Shown here one piece after another: positions 19,641-20,000 of a stretch of 20,000 nt of DNA. The stretch's first letter is position 1; each line of letters starts with the position of its first letter. This DNA is from Chiloscyllium plagiosum (taxonomy: Eukaryota), in contig NC_057718.1 in the NCBI RefSeq assembly GCF_004010195.1, positions 91,915,743 to 91,935,742 on the forward strand, written 5' to 3'. The translations under genes and the position numbers were made by a program. The notes under the pieces are model-generated. The model was not told where the DNA came from. It searched no databases and saw nothing but the letters and a program-made list of their open reading frames with translations.

Positions 19641-19965
19641 GTTTCTCTATTAAGACTGAACTTCTGCACAAAAATAGTGAAAACAGTGATAATTAAAGTG
19701 ACACATTACAGGTTTGAAAATTTCAGAAGTCTCACTTGACACATTTGGAAGTACTATTCTGTCTGGTGCATATTTGATATGAACACTTCAGAACAAACCA
19801 AACATTCTTAGTTATCATTCATCAAGTATCACACTTTGATTTTGAAATTCTGTTCTTTTCAAAATTGTATGTACAATCCCACTTAAATAAAAGTCAAGAT
19901 TTTGACCTTTAGTTTCGACTCGTAATTGCTGCGCTCTTTTCGGAAATATCTCATTACTGACAGGT

Positions 19966-20000
19966 TAGAACATAGAACATAGAACATAGAACATAGAACA
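19966..20000. repeat. (TAGAACA)5 perfect tandem repeat, probably the 3' tail of a minus-strand CR1 that starts beyond the window
   Basis: Five perfect 7-mers run to the window edge and resemble the TAGAATCA/TAGAGTCA tail at 15430. Confidence 0.75.

Noticed and set aside
1..20000. Prokaryotic-style systems (CRISPR array, retron, DGR, defence operon)
   Set aside because: The sequence is a spliced vertebrate locus. There is no repeat-spacer array, and all RT motifs belong to decayed non-LTR retrotransposons.
19312..20000. Upstream RalGAP exon (expected ..KSQREELDSILFLFE)
   Set aside because: No matching coding sequence found. It presumably lies beyond the right edge of the window.

Overview
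Eukaryotic (vertebrate) genomic DNA. The repeat families (HE1-type V-SINEs, HER1/CR1 LINEs, Rex1/Babar, Deu-domain SINEs) point to a cartilaginous fish, probably a shark; this is inferred. The whole window lies inside a minus-strand gene encoding the N-terminal part of the Ral GTPase-activating protein alpha subunit, most like RALGAPA2. Four GT-AG exons (19311-19254, 8166-8123, 5227-5050, 4002-3887; 58, 44, 178 and 116 nt) splice in phase to a 132-aa stop-free frame ([51 protein letters not shown]...[56 protein letters not shown]). The ORF track mostly misses these exons. The introns are full of decayed retroelements, including several readable nested insertions. One is a four-level stack with target-site duplications, whose innermost piece looks like a Penelope-type end with a hammerhead-ribozyme remnant. 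I found no intact novel protein-coding system. The best leads are a perfect 15-bp exon-to-exon inverted repeat, the nested TE stacks, an in-place inversion inside an old LINE, and a tRNA-headed, internally deleted LINE derivative. Repeat family names and exon numbers come from my recall of consensus sequences and of the human gene, not from a search.
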